This document shows, piece after piece, positions 40,472-50,488 of a stretch of DNA of 64,000 nucleotides. This DNA is from a virus. Position numbers and translations under genes: made by a program. Position 1 is the stretch's first letter. Each line of letters starts with the position of its first letter. The DNA lies in IMG/VR virus record IMGVR_UViG_3300022752_000027, positions 1 to 64,000 of that record; one strand, written 5' to 3'. Under the pieces are notes generated by a model. That model saw nothing but the letters and a program-made list of their open reading frames with translations, made no database searches and was not told the origin of the DNA.

Positions 40472-43400
40472 ATGATAAATTGTAGTCTTACACCTGACCA
40501 AATCAGAACCTTACGAGTAAAGATTTCAGGTGACTTACTAGATATTCTAGGTAGTCCTGATGCCCAATTTGATGTAAAATCTTATTTGAGGGATCTTTAT
40601 AATTTTATTGAAGCTGGATCAAACGGAAACAAAAATCTTGCATTAGACTATGCAAGAATGGGATCTGTAATTATATCTCAGTTGGTTACAAATAGACCGA
40701 CTGATATTGCCAAGCTTTTATTTAAAGGTCTGGATCTCAATGAGTTAATGAAGAAAAACATTGAGTTTGCAGATCCCACTAATGGATTAAATCTGGTAAA
40801 CGAATATGTTGCACCAATTGTTTCTGAAGAGACTGTAGAAGAAATTGTTGCTGAAGAAGAGAAACAAATACAACAAAAAAAAGTAGAAGACAAGATTTCT
40901 AGTACTGGACCTACCATTGAAAGATTACGTCCAACAACTGCAGTATCTACTACTATAAATGAATTAGTAGATCCAGATGATGCAAGTCTTGGGGCTGATC
41001 CAGGAATGCGGTACTACACAAAATTTGTACGTGAAATACTTACAAACTATATTGGCAAACGTGTAGGAACTTCAGAATTTTCTGGAATAGATTATCCAGG
41101 TATTTATGGTGGATTATTTATCACCATGATGCGCTACAATCAAATACCTGTAGCACAACTCCATTCTAAAATGGACCTGAGTAGAGCTGAAGACAAGCAT
41201 AAGTATGATAATGATTTTGTCTATGTAATAACTGATGAGAATGGTTTTCCGGTAACTTTTGATGAAAACTATAAAGTATCAGGATCTGGTAAATTAATTT
41301 ATTATAATACCAGATTCCTTCCTGTAAAACAAGACGGAAAATTTATTTTAACAAATGTTAAGAACGTCCAGAATCCTAAGGAATTATCTAAAAACCTTGG
41401 CATAAGTGAATTAGATGCTGAGAAGATGTTAGATGCTCAATTTAGGGCACTAGAACAAGCTTATGAATATCTTAAAGCTAATCCAGAAGGTAAGCTTCTG
41501 TATTCAATACGTGGGGGGAGTTACGGTACAGTTGTAAATGAAAATGCTGCTTTTGTAGATCCAAAATCAATAGATTTTGAAAACGCGGCTAAAAAAGTAA
41601 TGCTTATTAATAAGCAACAAGCAGCTGAAGCAACAGGATCATCAAATTCTAAGGGTGGTTTTTATCTTACTGCTACTGGTAAAGGCATGATGTTTATGAA
41701 AATTAAGAAGTTATCTGATACAGATATTAATCTTATTTTCAACGTACTTACTAAGAATCTTACTAACCAAGCTGGTCAACCTGTATCACTCGAGACAAGA
41801 AAGAATATCATTCAGACATATATAAAAACGTCTCCAAATGATTTATCTATATCAATAGATTCTACGAACAATAAACTAGTCCTTAAATACAAGGGTGAGA
41901 TTATTGACTTAGATAACGTAGATGCTGTAAAGAATGCCATTGCTAGAGATAAGACAGGTAACCTCCGTGAATATACGTTTGCAACAAACAAGTTCAATGA
42001 CGAACAAGCAATACCCCTCTATAGTGTAGAGATAGATGAAAGGACTGGTGGAGCATATATTTCTGGTATTAAGCCCATGTCTCCGATTGAATACATGAGT
42101 CATGTATCAGAAGTAAAAGTAGAACTTGAACCTGATGGAACTATAAAGCAGTATAATGCATATTTTAGTTTAACCTCTACGCCAGAGACTATTGGAAAAA
42201 CTGTAGTTAAAACAGAAGCCCCTACTGCTGACCCTACAATTAGAGAAAAGAAAAATGAAATAGTTGATCAGTTATTTAGAGGTGAGGAAGTAACAGGAGA
42301 TATTCAGAGACCACAGAACAGTGTTACTCGTTTTGAATTCATAAAGCCTGATGGTACTGTAGTCAATTTCTACAACAGGAATGCTGAGCCTATAAATGAA
42401 TCAGACCTCAATAAGAAAGCTAGATTAAAACTAGTAGAGAAGGTAACTACCGAAGATGGTAGAGAATTCTATAATGTTGTAGAAGTATACATTGGAGATA
42501 AGTATGTAGGCAACATTCAGGAGACAGACTTTAGACAACCTAAAAAAACTGAAGAGGCTATTGCAAAGGCTGAACCTATTGTAAAAGAACAAGAGAGTAA
42601 ATCATCAAGTGATGCAGATACTATAAGTAAGATCCTTAAGAATAATGATCTGCTTAAAAGATTACGTAACAAGCTTGATGACCAGACCAATGTCAAGGCT
42701 ACTGCAGAGCAGATAAAACTGGCCAAAGAATGGTATGAGAACAGTCCTCTTTCTAAGTTTATTCCATTTACTGTAGCATTTAATATAATCAATACTAAGA
42801 CCAGAGGATCTATTGCTACATGGGACGTACATGGTATTACTCTATTCAAAGGATCTAACTATTCTGATCTATACCATGAAGCATGGCATGGCTTTACTCA
42901 GATGTTCTTGACTAAAGAGCAAAGGGATTCATTGTATGCAGAGGCTAGAAAAAATAAAGGAACCTTTAAGAGTTTCAGAGGACGAGAAGTATCATATGCT
43001 AATGCTACCAGAGAAGAACTAGAAGAGAAACTGGCAGAAGACTTTAGAGAATTTATGTTGTCTAAAGGCAAGAAGGTAAATGAGAAGGCACCGGTAAAAA
43101 ATAAGATATTCAAACTTTTATTAGACTTATTAAACTACCTGTTTGGTAAGACTAGTGTACAGGATGTACAGGATAATAGCATGGGTAACCCTGTTATTAG
43201 TGAGATGTTTGAGAAACTAAGAGTAGGAGATATAAACGAGTATACGTTTAATCAGGCTAATGCTGAATTCTCTTTACTTAATAGTACTATACAACCATTA
43301 GATCCTACCATGGATGGTCCTGGAACCATCTCTAGACAGGATGCAAAATTACTGGTAGATACTACAGATGCATTAATTGGGGAACTAATTGATAAACTAA

Positions 43401-46400
43401 ACGAAGCAGAGAATACTAAGACATTTACTAGAGCACTGCTACTAGATAAGGAAGGAAGAACCCTTGCATATAAGTATGTAGAGGAACAGCTTACTAATAA
43501 GCTAGAAGAACTCCTACTAGAGCATAATGCTATGGATGCTGATGCTGATAAGCAAGAGATTGACTATAAGATTAGTTTGCTTGCATATGCATTGCGCAAC
43601 TTTGGTGATAGTAACAATCCCTTCAACACATTCGGTCTTGTAAAATACCATGGTCAGACTTCAGAATTCTTGGAATTTGAGGATAGACTTGGTGATATGC
43701 CTGAGGATGTCAATGTATACGAACGTAATGAATTTGACCGTAAGGCTGGTAACGAAACTGCTATGAAGGCATTAGCAGGTACTTCCCTACTCTATACTAT
43801 AAGATCATTGTATTCACATGATGCTAATGGTAATGTAGAAAAGAACATGCTTGGTTTCCCGAAACTTGCTGACTTTAATAGAAGCTGGAATAGGATTACT
43901 AATATTACTGAAGGGTCTAACAACGTAGACGATATTTTTAAGAAGCTTCAGGATGCATCTGCTGATTACCCCATTATAAAACAGTTTATTGATAAGGTAG
44001 GTAGTCCTGCTAATCTGGAGAACTCATCTGTTAGACTTTGGTCAGACATAGAAAAGATTATGACCATGCCTCGCATTGGTCTTGTAAGCCTCAGAGTAAA
44101 GGTAGAGAATAGTAAACCCGAAGGTTCTGAGAAGATTAAAAAGACTGTTATTGTAACAGCTACTCAGGCTACTGGAGAATATACTAAGGTTGGTAGAAAA
44201 TGGGATAGTCAATTTGCTATTGCAACAGGTCCTTACATTACCGTAGATGAGAATAACGTCAACACTCTTAATATTGATAAGGTACTAGCAGATTTTCCAG
44301 CTGTTACATTTGATAATGCTTTCAGGTTTATGGAAGCCGTAGGTATGCCATTAGAATCATCTAAGGTTGCTGAGAAAGCATTTAGAGAATCTAACATGCT
44401 TGTTGATGTTCGTAATATTCATACAACTCTAAAGGGAATTCAGGAATATCATAATCAGTATTCTCCTACTAAACGTTTGACAATTACCAAACCATCTGAA
44501 ATTCTTAAAGACTTTAAGGTAAAGATAAGTTTGGATCCAGGTGTTTCTGATTCTGAAAAAAGAAGAGCAATAAGTACGCAGATAAAACTTGGAGGAAGTA
44601 CAACTACTTTTAATAATCTTCAGAAGTTTCAACTAAAATGGTCTGACGACTTTTCGGATACTACTGTATCTAATGCAGAGAACCAGAACCAGTATGAAAG
44701 ATCATTAAGAAGTACAGCTTCTCAAATGATCTCTAAGATAAATGCTGCTAATACCGAAACTGAACTTACGCAGGATGGTGTTACTAATGCAGATGATTTA
44801 AGTATGAATCATTTGTCCCGTAGACGTAATCCGTTTGTAAAAACATCAGCTTTCTTCAGAAGACTGTTTGATAAAAACGGAGAAAAGAAAACTGGCATTG
44901 TAAATAATAAAATGACTACGGCTAAAATAGACCTGATGAATATGTCAGGGGTAAGCCGAGAGTTAATCAATGTAAAAGGTATTGTTGAGAATTCTGGTAT
45001 ATCATCATCTAGCGCAGATGGAGTTACTAAGAGACTAGAAGACATGCTTATGATGATGTTGTATGGTGTCAATGAAGCAACACGTCACGCTGATAAGTCT
45101 ACTACATATTTATATAAGGTTCTAGATGAGCAAGGCAATGTACACTTAATTGATATTGCTTCTTTCTCTGATGCTGTTGGAGAAAACAGTTCTACGGGGG
45201 TACAGAAATACGTAAACCAGCTTGTACAATATTTGGCAAGTGAATACGAACGTATTCAAAAATTAGAAGATGGTGATGAAGCTGGAACTGTTACGGTAGG
45301 TAAATCTAATTATTATAAGACAGGTACTCAGTTTGCAATCTTTGATAGAATTTTATCTGATACTACTAAAAACAAACTGAAAACTTTCCGTAGTGCCAAA
45401 GCAAATAGCATTAGAACTGCTGAAACTTTTTATCGATACTTGAATGATCCAATCAACAGAGATCTTAAAGATACTGTTGAGAAAGAAATCAAAGAGTATC
45501 TATTTAGTAGAAGTGGGGTCATTACTGAAAAATTAAATGAAGTAAACTTCTTTCAGAATGATCAGCTTGTAGATGAGCTTGTTAAAAGAATGCTCCGCAC
45601 TAAGAAAAAGGGATATGAGAAATCTGAAACCTTTACAACGTTATCCAGAGATAGAAAGAAGGAGATTGTAGATTCAATAGCTATTGCCTATACCGCAAAT
45701 GACTGGTTGCATAAATATGAATCTACTCTTTTGTTCTATGGTGATCCTGCATTATATGACCATAGCAAAGATGAATTCTTTAAAAGAAATGCTGGTTTCT
45801 CTGCTACAGGAGACATTCCTCGTACAGATAAATATATGATTGAGTATATAAATCAAAAACTTCAGGAGAATTCTTTAGCCGGTAAATTAGGTATGAAGCC
45901 TAAATCATTTGGCAAAGTAATGTCTGCTGCAGTAATGCAGGATACAGCTACAAAATCAATTTATCTAGAGGATTATCTTAAGTATGCTAAAGAAAAAGAA
46001 GAGGCAAGACTAAGAGGCCTTAACTTATCCGATGAGAAAATAAATGAAGCATTAGCAAAAATTGAGGAAATCTTCAATGATGCATATGCAGCTATGAAAG
46101 AAGGTGATGGTCAAGGTTGGATCAACTTTGATGCATACAGATCTTTATTGTTATCTCTTAATAAATGGTCTTATTATCAGGAACAGCTCTATAATAAAGT
46201 AGTAAATAATGAACCAGTAGATGTAAGTGAATTACTTCAGTTCTTCCCTGTTAAGAAGATGCAATACTGGGGACCACTTAAGACAGACGGTCTTCCTGTA
46301 TATGGATTCCATAAGTATTCTTTGATGCCGTTAATTCCTAATGTTACCGTAGGTACTCATATGGAAACACTACAGCAAAGAATGTTGGAGCAAGGTGTAG

Positions 46401-49400
46401 ACTATGCAATGTTCCAGTCTGGATCTAAGATTAATACAATTACTAATGAAGAGGGTAAGGTAGATAAGTTCTATAATGATAACACTAATAAGACAGATCA
46501 GGGTGTAGCATTTGCTAACCCTGCGTATACCTTTACTAAGAACAACATATTCCTCGATTACTTTAAGGATCAGCTTGAAGTAAATGATGCATATAAAGGA
46601 TCTGTAACATTCCCAACACAGCTGAGAACCTTGATTGAGGAAGGCCTTATGGAGAATGGTGTTCCAACTGATTGGAAACCAAAACTTAAGGATAAGTCTG
46701 AAAGAATTAAAAAGTGGAAAGAAGAGACCGATAAAGAAGATTCAAATAACTATAGACTCCTTAATCTTTATGAGGCTAAGCTTAGAAGATTAGTTAAACT
46801 TAAAAAAGAAAAATTAAAGAAAGAGATTGGTAATAAGCCGGAAGACCTGGTCAAGTTCATAAGAAAAGAACTGACTAGAAGAGAAATGGCTGAGCATAGT
46901 ATTGACTTTGTTGATTTTGATGCACAGAAAAACAAATTCAAGAATAGCTTAGACCTGTCTTTGATGGCAGACACTATTGAAAGAGCACTTGTTGCTGTTG
47001 TACAAAAGAATCTAATAAACCAAAAAGTAAATGGTGAGAGTCTTGTACAAGTAGCAGGTACTGGATTTGAAAAAGCTAATTTCCGTAAACCATCTAAAGA
47101 AGAAATTAAAGAATACGGCCAAAGAGGTTTAAGATTCTACCATCTTAAGGATGGAAAAACAAAAGCAATGCAAATAAAAGTTGCAATGCAGGGTAAGTTT
47201 AAAGAACTTCTAAAGCTACAAGATGTAAGAGATCTGGCCAGAGAACAAGAGATATCAGAACTGGATGCATTAAACATGCGCCTCAAAGATCAAGAATGGG
47301 TAAATAATAATAGAGATCTTATTACATCTGTTGCAGTAAGGATCCCAACCCAGGGATTAAACTCAATGGAGTTTATGGAGATAGCAGAATTTTTACCTGA
47401 GTCTGCCGGTAATATTATTATACTTCCTGCAGAAATTGTAGGTAAAACAGGTGGTGACTTTGACATCGATAAGATGTTTACACTGTTTCCAAACATTAAA
47501 ATTGATGAGAATGGTCTAGCACAAGTTGAATCAGGTGATACTATTGCTGGAATTGAAAACGATATCTTATTTATTACAAAAGAAATTTTGGAGAAAGAAG
47601 ATAACTTCCTTTCCCTCATAACTCCTAATACAACTATTACCCTTAAGGCTATTGCAGAACAGATTGCTGAAAAGCTGAAAGGCAAAAAACAAAAGAGATC
47701 TGCAACAGATATTTTTGAATCAGAAGTTAACCTAGAGAAACATCAGTCTAATAATATTGGTAAGATGATCCTAGGTATTATTGCTGTTAACAATACCTTT
47801 AGCACAATATTCAATAGAACAGGTCTTGTTTTACTTCCTGAAAGAGTTGTAACCAGCACCGAATCTGGAAATGTATATGGTAGGCAAACCCTAGAACTAC
47901 CACATAACACTATAGATGGTAATATCTCATTGTCTAGTTTATACTCTGCTGATGGAATTGATAAGATTGCAGACTTAATTAGTCAAATGATCAATGGTTC
48001 TGTGGACGTAGCTAAAGATGATTGGATCTTTGATTTGCAGGCTGATAAAGAAGCTATTTCTAAAATTGTATTCATGATTCAAGCCGGTGTTCCTGCTAAA
48101 CAGGTTGCACTATTTATGTCACAGCCTATTATTAGAGAGTACATCAGAAAACAAAAAATGCTTCGTAGTAAATTCAATGAGCCACTTGGTATCAAAGATC
48201 CTGGCACATACTATAGAATTACTGCAAGAGATCAAATTTTATTTGGTAAAGAGTTTGGATTTGGCCTAAAGAAAAAAGATTATGAAAAAGAAGGTACTGT
48301 AAAGAAATGGATGCTATGGCCAACAATTGAACGTCTTGCTGAAACAGCGGACAAAAATCTTTTTTCAGAAAAGTCACTTGAGGATAATATTAAAAGCAAA
48401 GAGTACACAGATGTAGATAGGGCAGTGTTTGCACATTACCTAGAAATAGAGGAGATGGCAAATGGAGTTACTAATCTTACACAGAAGTTAAACTTTGATA
48501 CTAGTAAGACCTCTACACTATTTGAAGCAAGAACAAAACTTAGTGACTTAAACGACCTAGCAAACGGTATATCACAGGAGTCTATTGGTATGATTATCAA
48601 TAATTCTCCGAAGGGTGCATTTAAGATTCAAGACTTTATCATTGATGTATTCAAAGATATGTTTCCATTAAGAGATGGTGACAAACTAAATGATCATATA
48701 TCTGAATCCTTATTAGCACGAGATAAAAAGTTTAGACAAAAACTGTCAACACTTAAGAAAAGAATAGGTATGACTGATGATGAGGATGTGATCAATAAAT
48801 ATAGGTCGGATCTTATTTCATTTATCTTCCAACAGCATTATTATAAGTTTGATCAGAATGCAAAAACTTATAATGGCGTAGATCTTACTTATGATATTCA
48901 GGAAGTAAAGTCACTTAATAATGGTGCTTTTGTAAAGGACGGTGTACTCTATGTAGATAGAGCAAAAATTAAAGAGATTTTTAATTCTGAAAGATATAAG
49001 TCTGGACAAGCCTGGGCATATGCAATTGCTCCTTTGGATCCATCTGTTTTATCTCTTTATGATAAAGATGTTGCAGAAGCACTATATAGTAAATACACAT
49101 ACCAAAGAGAGATTAATAGATCCATAGCTACAAATAGTTTTGAAAATGTATCTAAGACTAAGGAATTCTTTGAGTATAAAAAAGAACTTAAGGATGATCC
49201 AAACGCAGATTTCAAGGCATATGAAATGGTCCTTAGAGATAGGACACTAGATGGCTTGAATTACCATGGACACATGTTCTTTGGTAAAAGAGCATATGCT
49301 AAACAGATTATGGCTCTGAAAGATACTAATCCAGAACTGTTTGAAAAGTATCAATTCCTCAGCGACCTAGAGATTGTTAATACTAAATATGGGGTCACAG

Positions 49401-50488
49401 AAATATCTAACCTTAGAATTGGCGGAAGACCAAGAGGAAAAGATATAGAAAGACTTTATGATAACCTTCAGGAACTTTCAGATCCAACAGTAAGAAAAGT
49501 AAAAGATTCTTTTGAGAATGCTGTACTAAGCAATCTGTTTCAGAAGATGACACACTTTGCATTACTTCAGTCTGGTATTGATACAGGAAGTACATTTAGT
49601 CTGATTCCATTTGTATCAAATGAAAGTTATCTTAATCTAGTTAAGGAACCATATGAACAGTTCTTAGCTGATTCTGATACTAGACCACTAGATTTATATG
49701 ATAACTTGTTTGAAGCACAGTATTCCGAGGAAAGTAACAAAGCTCTGAAGGTAAAAGTAAAAGCTTTTGCTAAATCCATTTATGGTATAACACCGTATGA
49801 AAGATATACAAGGGAGTATATATCTACTCCTAATGAAGAAAGTGTAGAAATTACAGCCCTTGATAAAGTTAGAATAGCAAAAGATAACTTAACTAATACT
49901 TTAGTATTTGCTCCAATCAGTACCACGATGCTTACTGAAGCTATAATGAAAGAATTTGCTGAAGCAATTAAAGCATCAGGAAAAAAACAACTTGTAGTAT
50001 TTAATGAGATAGATGGAAGAACTAAAAATGTACAGGGTAATAATTCTGTATATAGAGCAATGGGTGATATGTCCTATGGTATTGTAACTAAAAAAGGACC
50101 TATGCCTACTAAACCTGATGGTAAACAGGATAAACTAGCAATGTTTACTGACCAGACCCTAGATAACAATAAGACTATGATTGACGAAATGATTAAAGGC
50201 CTTGCTGCAAAACAAGCCGAAGGTTATGAGTTAATCTTTGATCTTAATGGCTATGGTCAATACATGGCAGGATACAATGAATATGCACCAACCGGAAAAG
50301 ACAAACCTGATTTTGATGCATCAGCTCCAGAAACTTTTAACTATCTTTCGCAGCAGTTATTTGAGAACTTTGGATACTTAAATCCTAATTACTTAAAGAC
50401 ACTTGAGGGTAGAAGAATTGTACAGTCTAGACAGCCTGTAACAGATGACGAAATATTTGACCTTAAAAAATCTTGTAAATTAGCGTAA
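40472..50488 (+). CDS. Giant virion-packaged DNA-dependent RNA polymerase (crAss-type) with a zincin-like domain
   Basis: RIPTQG...GGDFDIDK (catalytic motif at 47456-47473, as in phi14:2 gp66); also DGQGW and VDVAKD; HEAWH at 42875-42889. Confidence 0.9.
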   Translation: MINCSLTPDQIRTLRVKISGDLLDILGSPDAQFDVKSYLRDLYNFIEAGSNGNKNLALDYARMGSVIISQLVTNRPTDIAKLLFKGLDLNELMKKNIEFADPTNGLNLVNEYVAPIVSEETVEEIVAEEEKQIQQKKVEDKISSTGPTIERLRPTTAVSTTINELVDPDDASLGADPGMRYYTKFVREILTNYIGKRVGTSEFSGIDYPGIYGGLFITMMRYNQIPVAQLHSKMDLSRAEDKHKYDNDFVYVITDENGFPVTFDENYKVSGSGKLIYYNTRFLPVKQDGKFILTNVKNVQNPKELSKNLGISELDAEKMLDAQFRALEQAYEYLKANPEGKLLYSIRGGSYGTVVNENAAFVDPKSIDFENAAKKVMLINKQQAAEATGSSNSKGGFYLTATGKGMMFMKIKKLSDTDINLIFNVLTKNLTNQAGQPVSLETRKNIIQTYIKTSPNDLSISIDSTNNKLVLKYKGEIIDLDNVDAVKNAIARDKTGNLREYTFATNKFNDEQAIPLYSVEIDERTGGAYISGIKPMSPIEYMSHVSEVKVELEPDGTIKQYNAYFSLTSTPETIGKTVVKTEAPTADPTIREKKNEIVDQLFRGEEVTGDIQRPQNSVTRFEFIKPDGTVVNFYNRNAEPINESDLNKKARLKLVEKVTTEDGREFYNVVEVYIGDKYVGNIQETDFRQPKKTEEAIAKAEPIVKEQESKSSSDADTISKILKNNDLLKRLRNKLDDQTNVKATAEQIKLAKEWYENSPLSKFIPFTVAFNIINTKTRGSIATWDVHGITLFKGSNYSDLYHEAWHGFTQMFLTKEQRDSLYAEARKNKGTFKSFRGREVSYANATREELEEKLAEDFREFMLSKGKKVNEKAPVKNKIFKLLLDLLNYLFGKTSVQDVQDNSMGNPVISEMFEKLRVGDINEYTFNQANAEFSLLNSTIQPLDPTMDGPGTISRQDAKLLVDTTDALIGELIDKLNEAENTKTFTRALLLDKEGRTLAYKYVEEQLTNKLEELLLEHNAMDADADKQEIDYKISLLAYALRNFGDSNNPFNTFGLVKYHGQTSEFLEFEDRLGDMPEDVNVYERNEFDRKAGNETAMKALAGTSLLYTIRSLYSHDANGNVEKNMLGFPKLADFNRSWNRITNITEGSNNVDDIFKKLQDASADYPIIKQFIDKVGSPANLENSSVRLWSDIEKIMTMPRIGLVSLRVKVENSKPEGSEKIKKTVIVTATQATGEYTKVGRKWDSQFAIATGPYITVDENNVNTLNIDKVLADFPAVTFDNAFRFMEAVGMPLESSKVAEKAFRESNMLVDVRNIHTTLKGIQEYHNQYSPTKRLTITKPSEILKDFKVKISLDPGVSDSEKRRAISTQIKLGGSTTTFNNLQKFQLKWSDDFSDTTVSNAENQNQYERSLRSTASQMISKINAANTETELTQDGVTNADDLSMNHLSRRRNPFVKTSAFFRRLFDKNGEKKTGIVNNKMTTAKIDLMNMSGVSRELINVKGIVENSGISSSSADGVTKRLEDMLMMMLYGVNEATRHADKSTTYLYKVLDEQGNVHLIDIASFSDAVGENSSTGVQKYVNQLVQYLASEYERIQKLEDGDEAGTVTVGKSNYYKTGTQFAIFDRILSDTTKNKLKTFRSAKANSIRTAETFYRYLNDPINRDLKDTVEKEIKEYLFSRSGVITEKLNEVNFFQNDQLVDELVKRMLRTKKKGYEKSETFTTLSRDRKKEIVDSIAIAYTANDWLHKYESTLLFYGDPALYDHSKDEFFKRNAGFSATGDIPRTDKYMIEYINQKLQENSLAGKLGMKPKSFGKVMSAAVMQDTATKSIYLEDYLKYAKEKEEARLRGLNLSDEKINEALAKIEEIFNDAYAAMKEGDGQGWINFDAYRSLLLSLNKWSYYQEQLYNKVVNNEPVDVSELLQFFPVKKMQYWGPLKTDGLPVYGFHKYSLMPLIPNVTVGTHMETLQQRMLEQGVDYAMFQSGSKINTITNEEGKVDKFYNDNTNKTDQGVAFANPAYTFTKNNIFLDYFKDQLEVNDAYKGSVTFPTQLRTLIEEGLMENGVPTDWKPKLKDKSERIKKWKEETDKEDSNNYRLLNLYEAKLRRLVKLKKEKLKKEIGNKPEDLVKFIRKELTRREMAEHSIDFVDFDAQKNKFKNSLDLSLMADTIERALVAVVQKNLINQKVNGESLVQVAGTGFEKANFRKPSKEEIKEYGQRGLRFYHLKDGKTKAMQIKVAMQGKFKELLKLQDVRDLAREQEISELDALNMRLKDQEWVNNNRDLITSVAVRIPTQGLNSMEFMEIAEFLPESAGNIIILPAEIVGKTGGDFDIDKMFTLFPNIKIDENGLAQVESGDTIAGIENDILFITKEILEKEDNFLSLITPNTTITLKAIAEQIAEKLKGKKQKRSATDIFESEVNLEKHQSNNIGKMILGIIAVNNTFSTIFNRTGLVLLPERVVTSTESGNVYGRQTLELPHNTIDGNISLSSLYSADGIDKIADLISQMINGSVDVAKDDWIFDLQADKEAISKIVFMIQAGVPAKQVALFMSQPIIREYIRKQKMLRSKFNEPLGIKDPGTYYRITARDQILFGKEFGFGLKKKDYEKEGTVKKWMLWPTIERLAETADKNLFSEKSLEDNIKSKEYTDVDRAVFAHYLEIEEMANGVTNLTQKLNFDTSKTSTLFEARTKLSDLNDLANGISQESIGMIINNSPKGAFKIQDFIIDVFKDMFPLRDGDKLNDHISESLLARDKKFRQKLSTLKKRIGMTDDEDVINKYRSDLISFIFQQHYYKFDQNAKTYNGVDLTYDIQEVKSLNNGAFVKDGVLYVDRAKIKEIFNSERYKSGQAWAYAIAPLDPSVLSLYDKDVAEALYSKYTYQREINRSIATNSFENVSKTKEFFEYKKELKDDPNADFKAYEMVLRDRTLDGLNYHGHMFFGKRAYAKQIMALKDTNPELFEKYQFLSDLEIVNTKYGVTEISNLRIGGRPRGKDIERLYDNLQELSDPTVRKVKDSFENAVLSNLFQKMTHFALLQSGIDTGSTFSLIPFVSNESYLNLVKEPYEQFLADSDTRPLDLYDNLFEAQYSEESNKALKVKVKAFAKSIYGITPYERYTREYISTPNEESVEITALDKVRIAKDNLTNTLVFAPISTTMLTEAIMKEFAEAIKASGKKQLVVFNEIDGRTKNVQGNNSVYRAMGDMSYGIVTKKGPMPTKPDGKQDKLAMFTDQTLDNNKTMIDEMIKGLAAKQAEGYELIFDLNGYGQYMAGYNEYAPTGKDKPDFDASAPETFNYLSQQLFENFGYLNPNYLKTLEGRRIVQSRQPVTDDEIFDLKKSCKLA

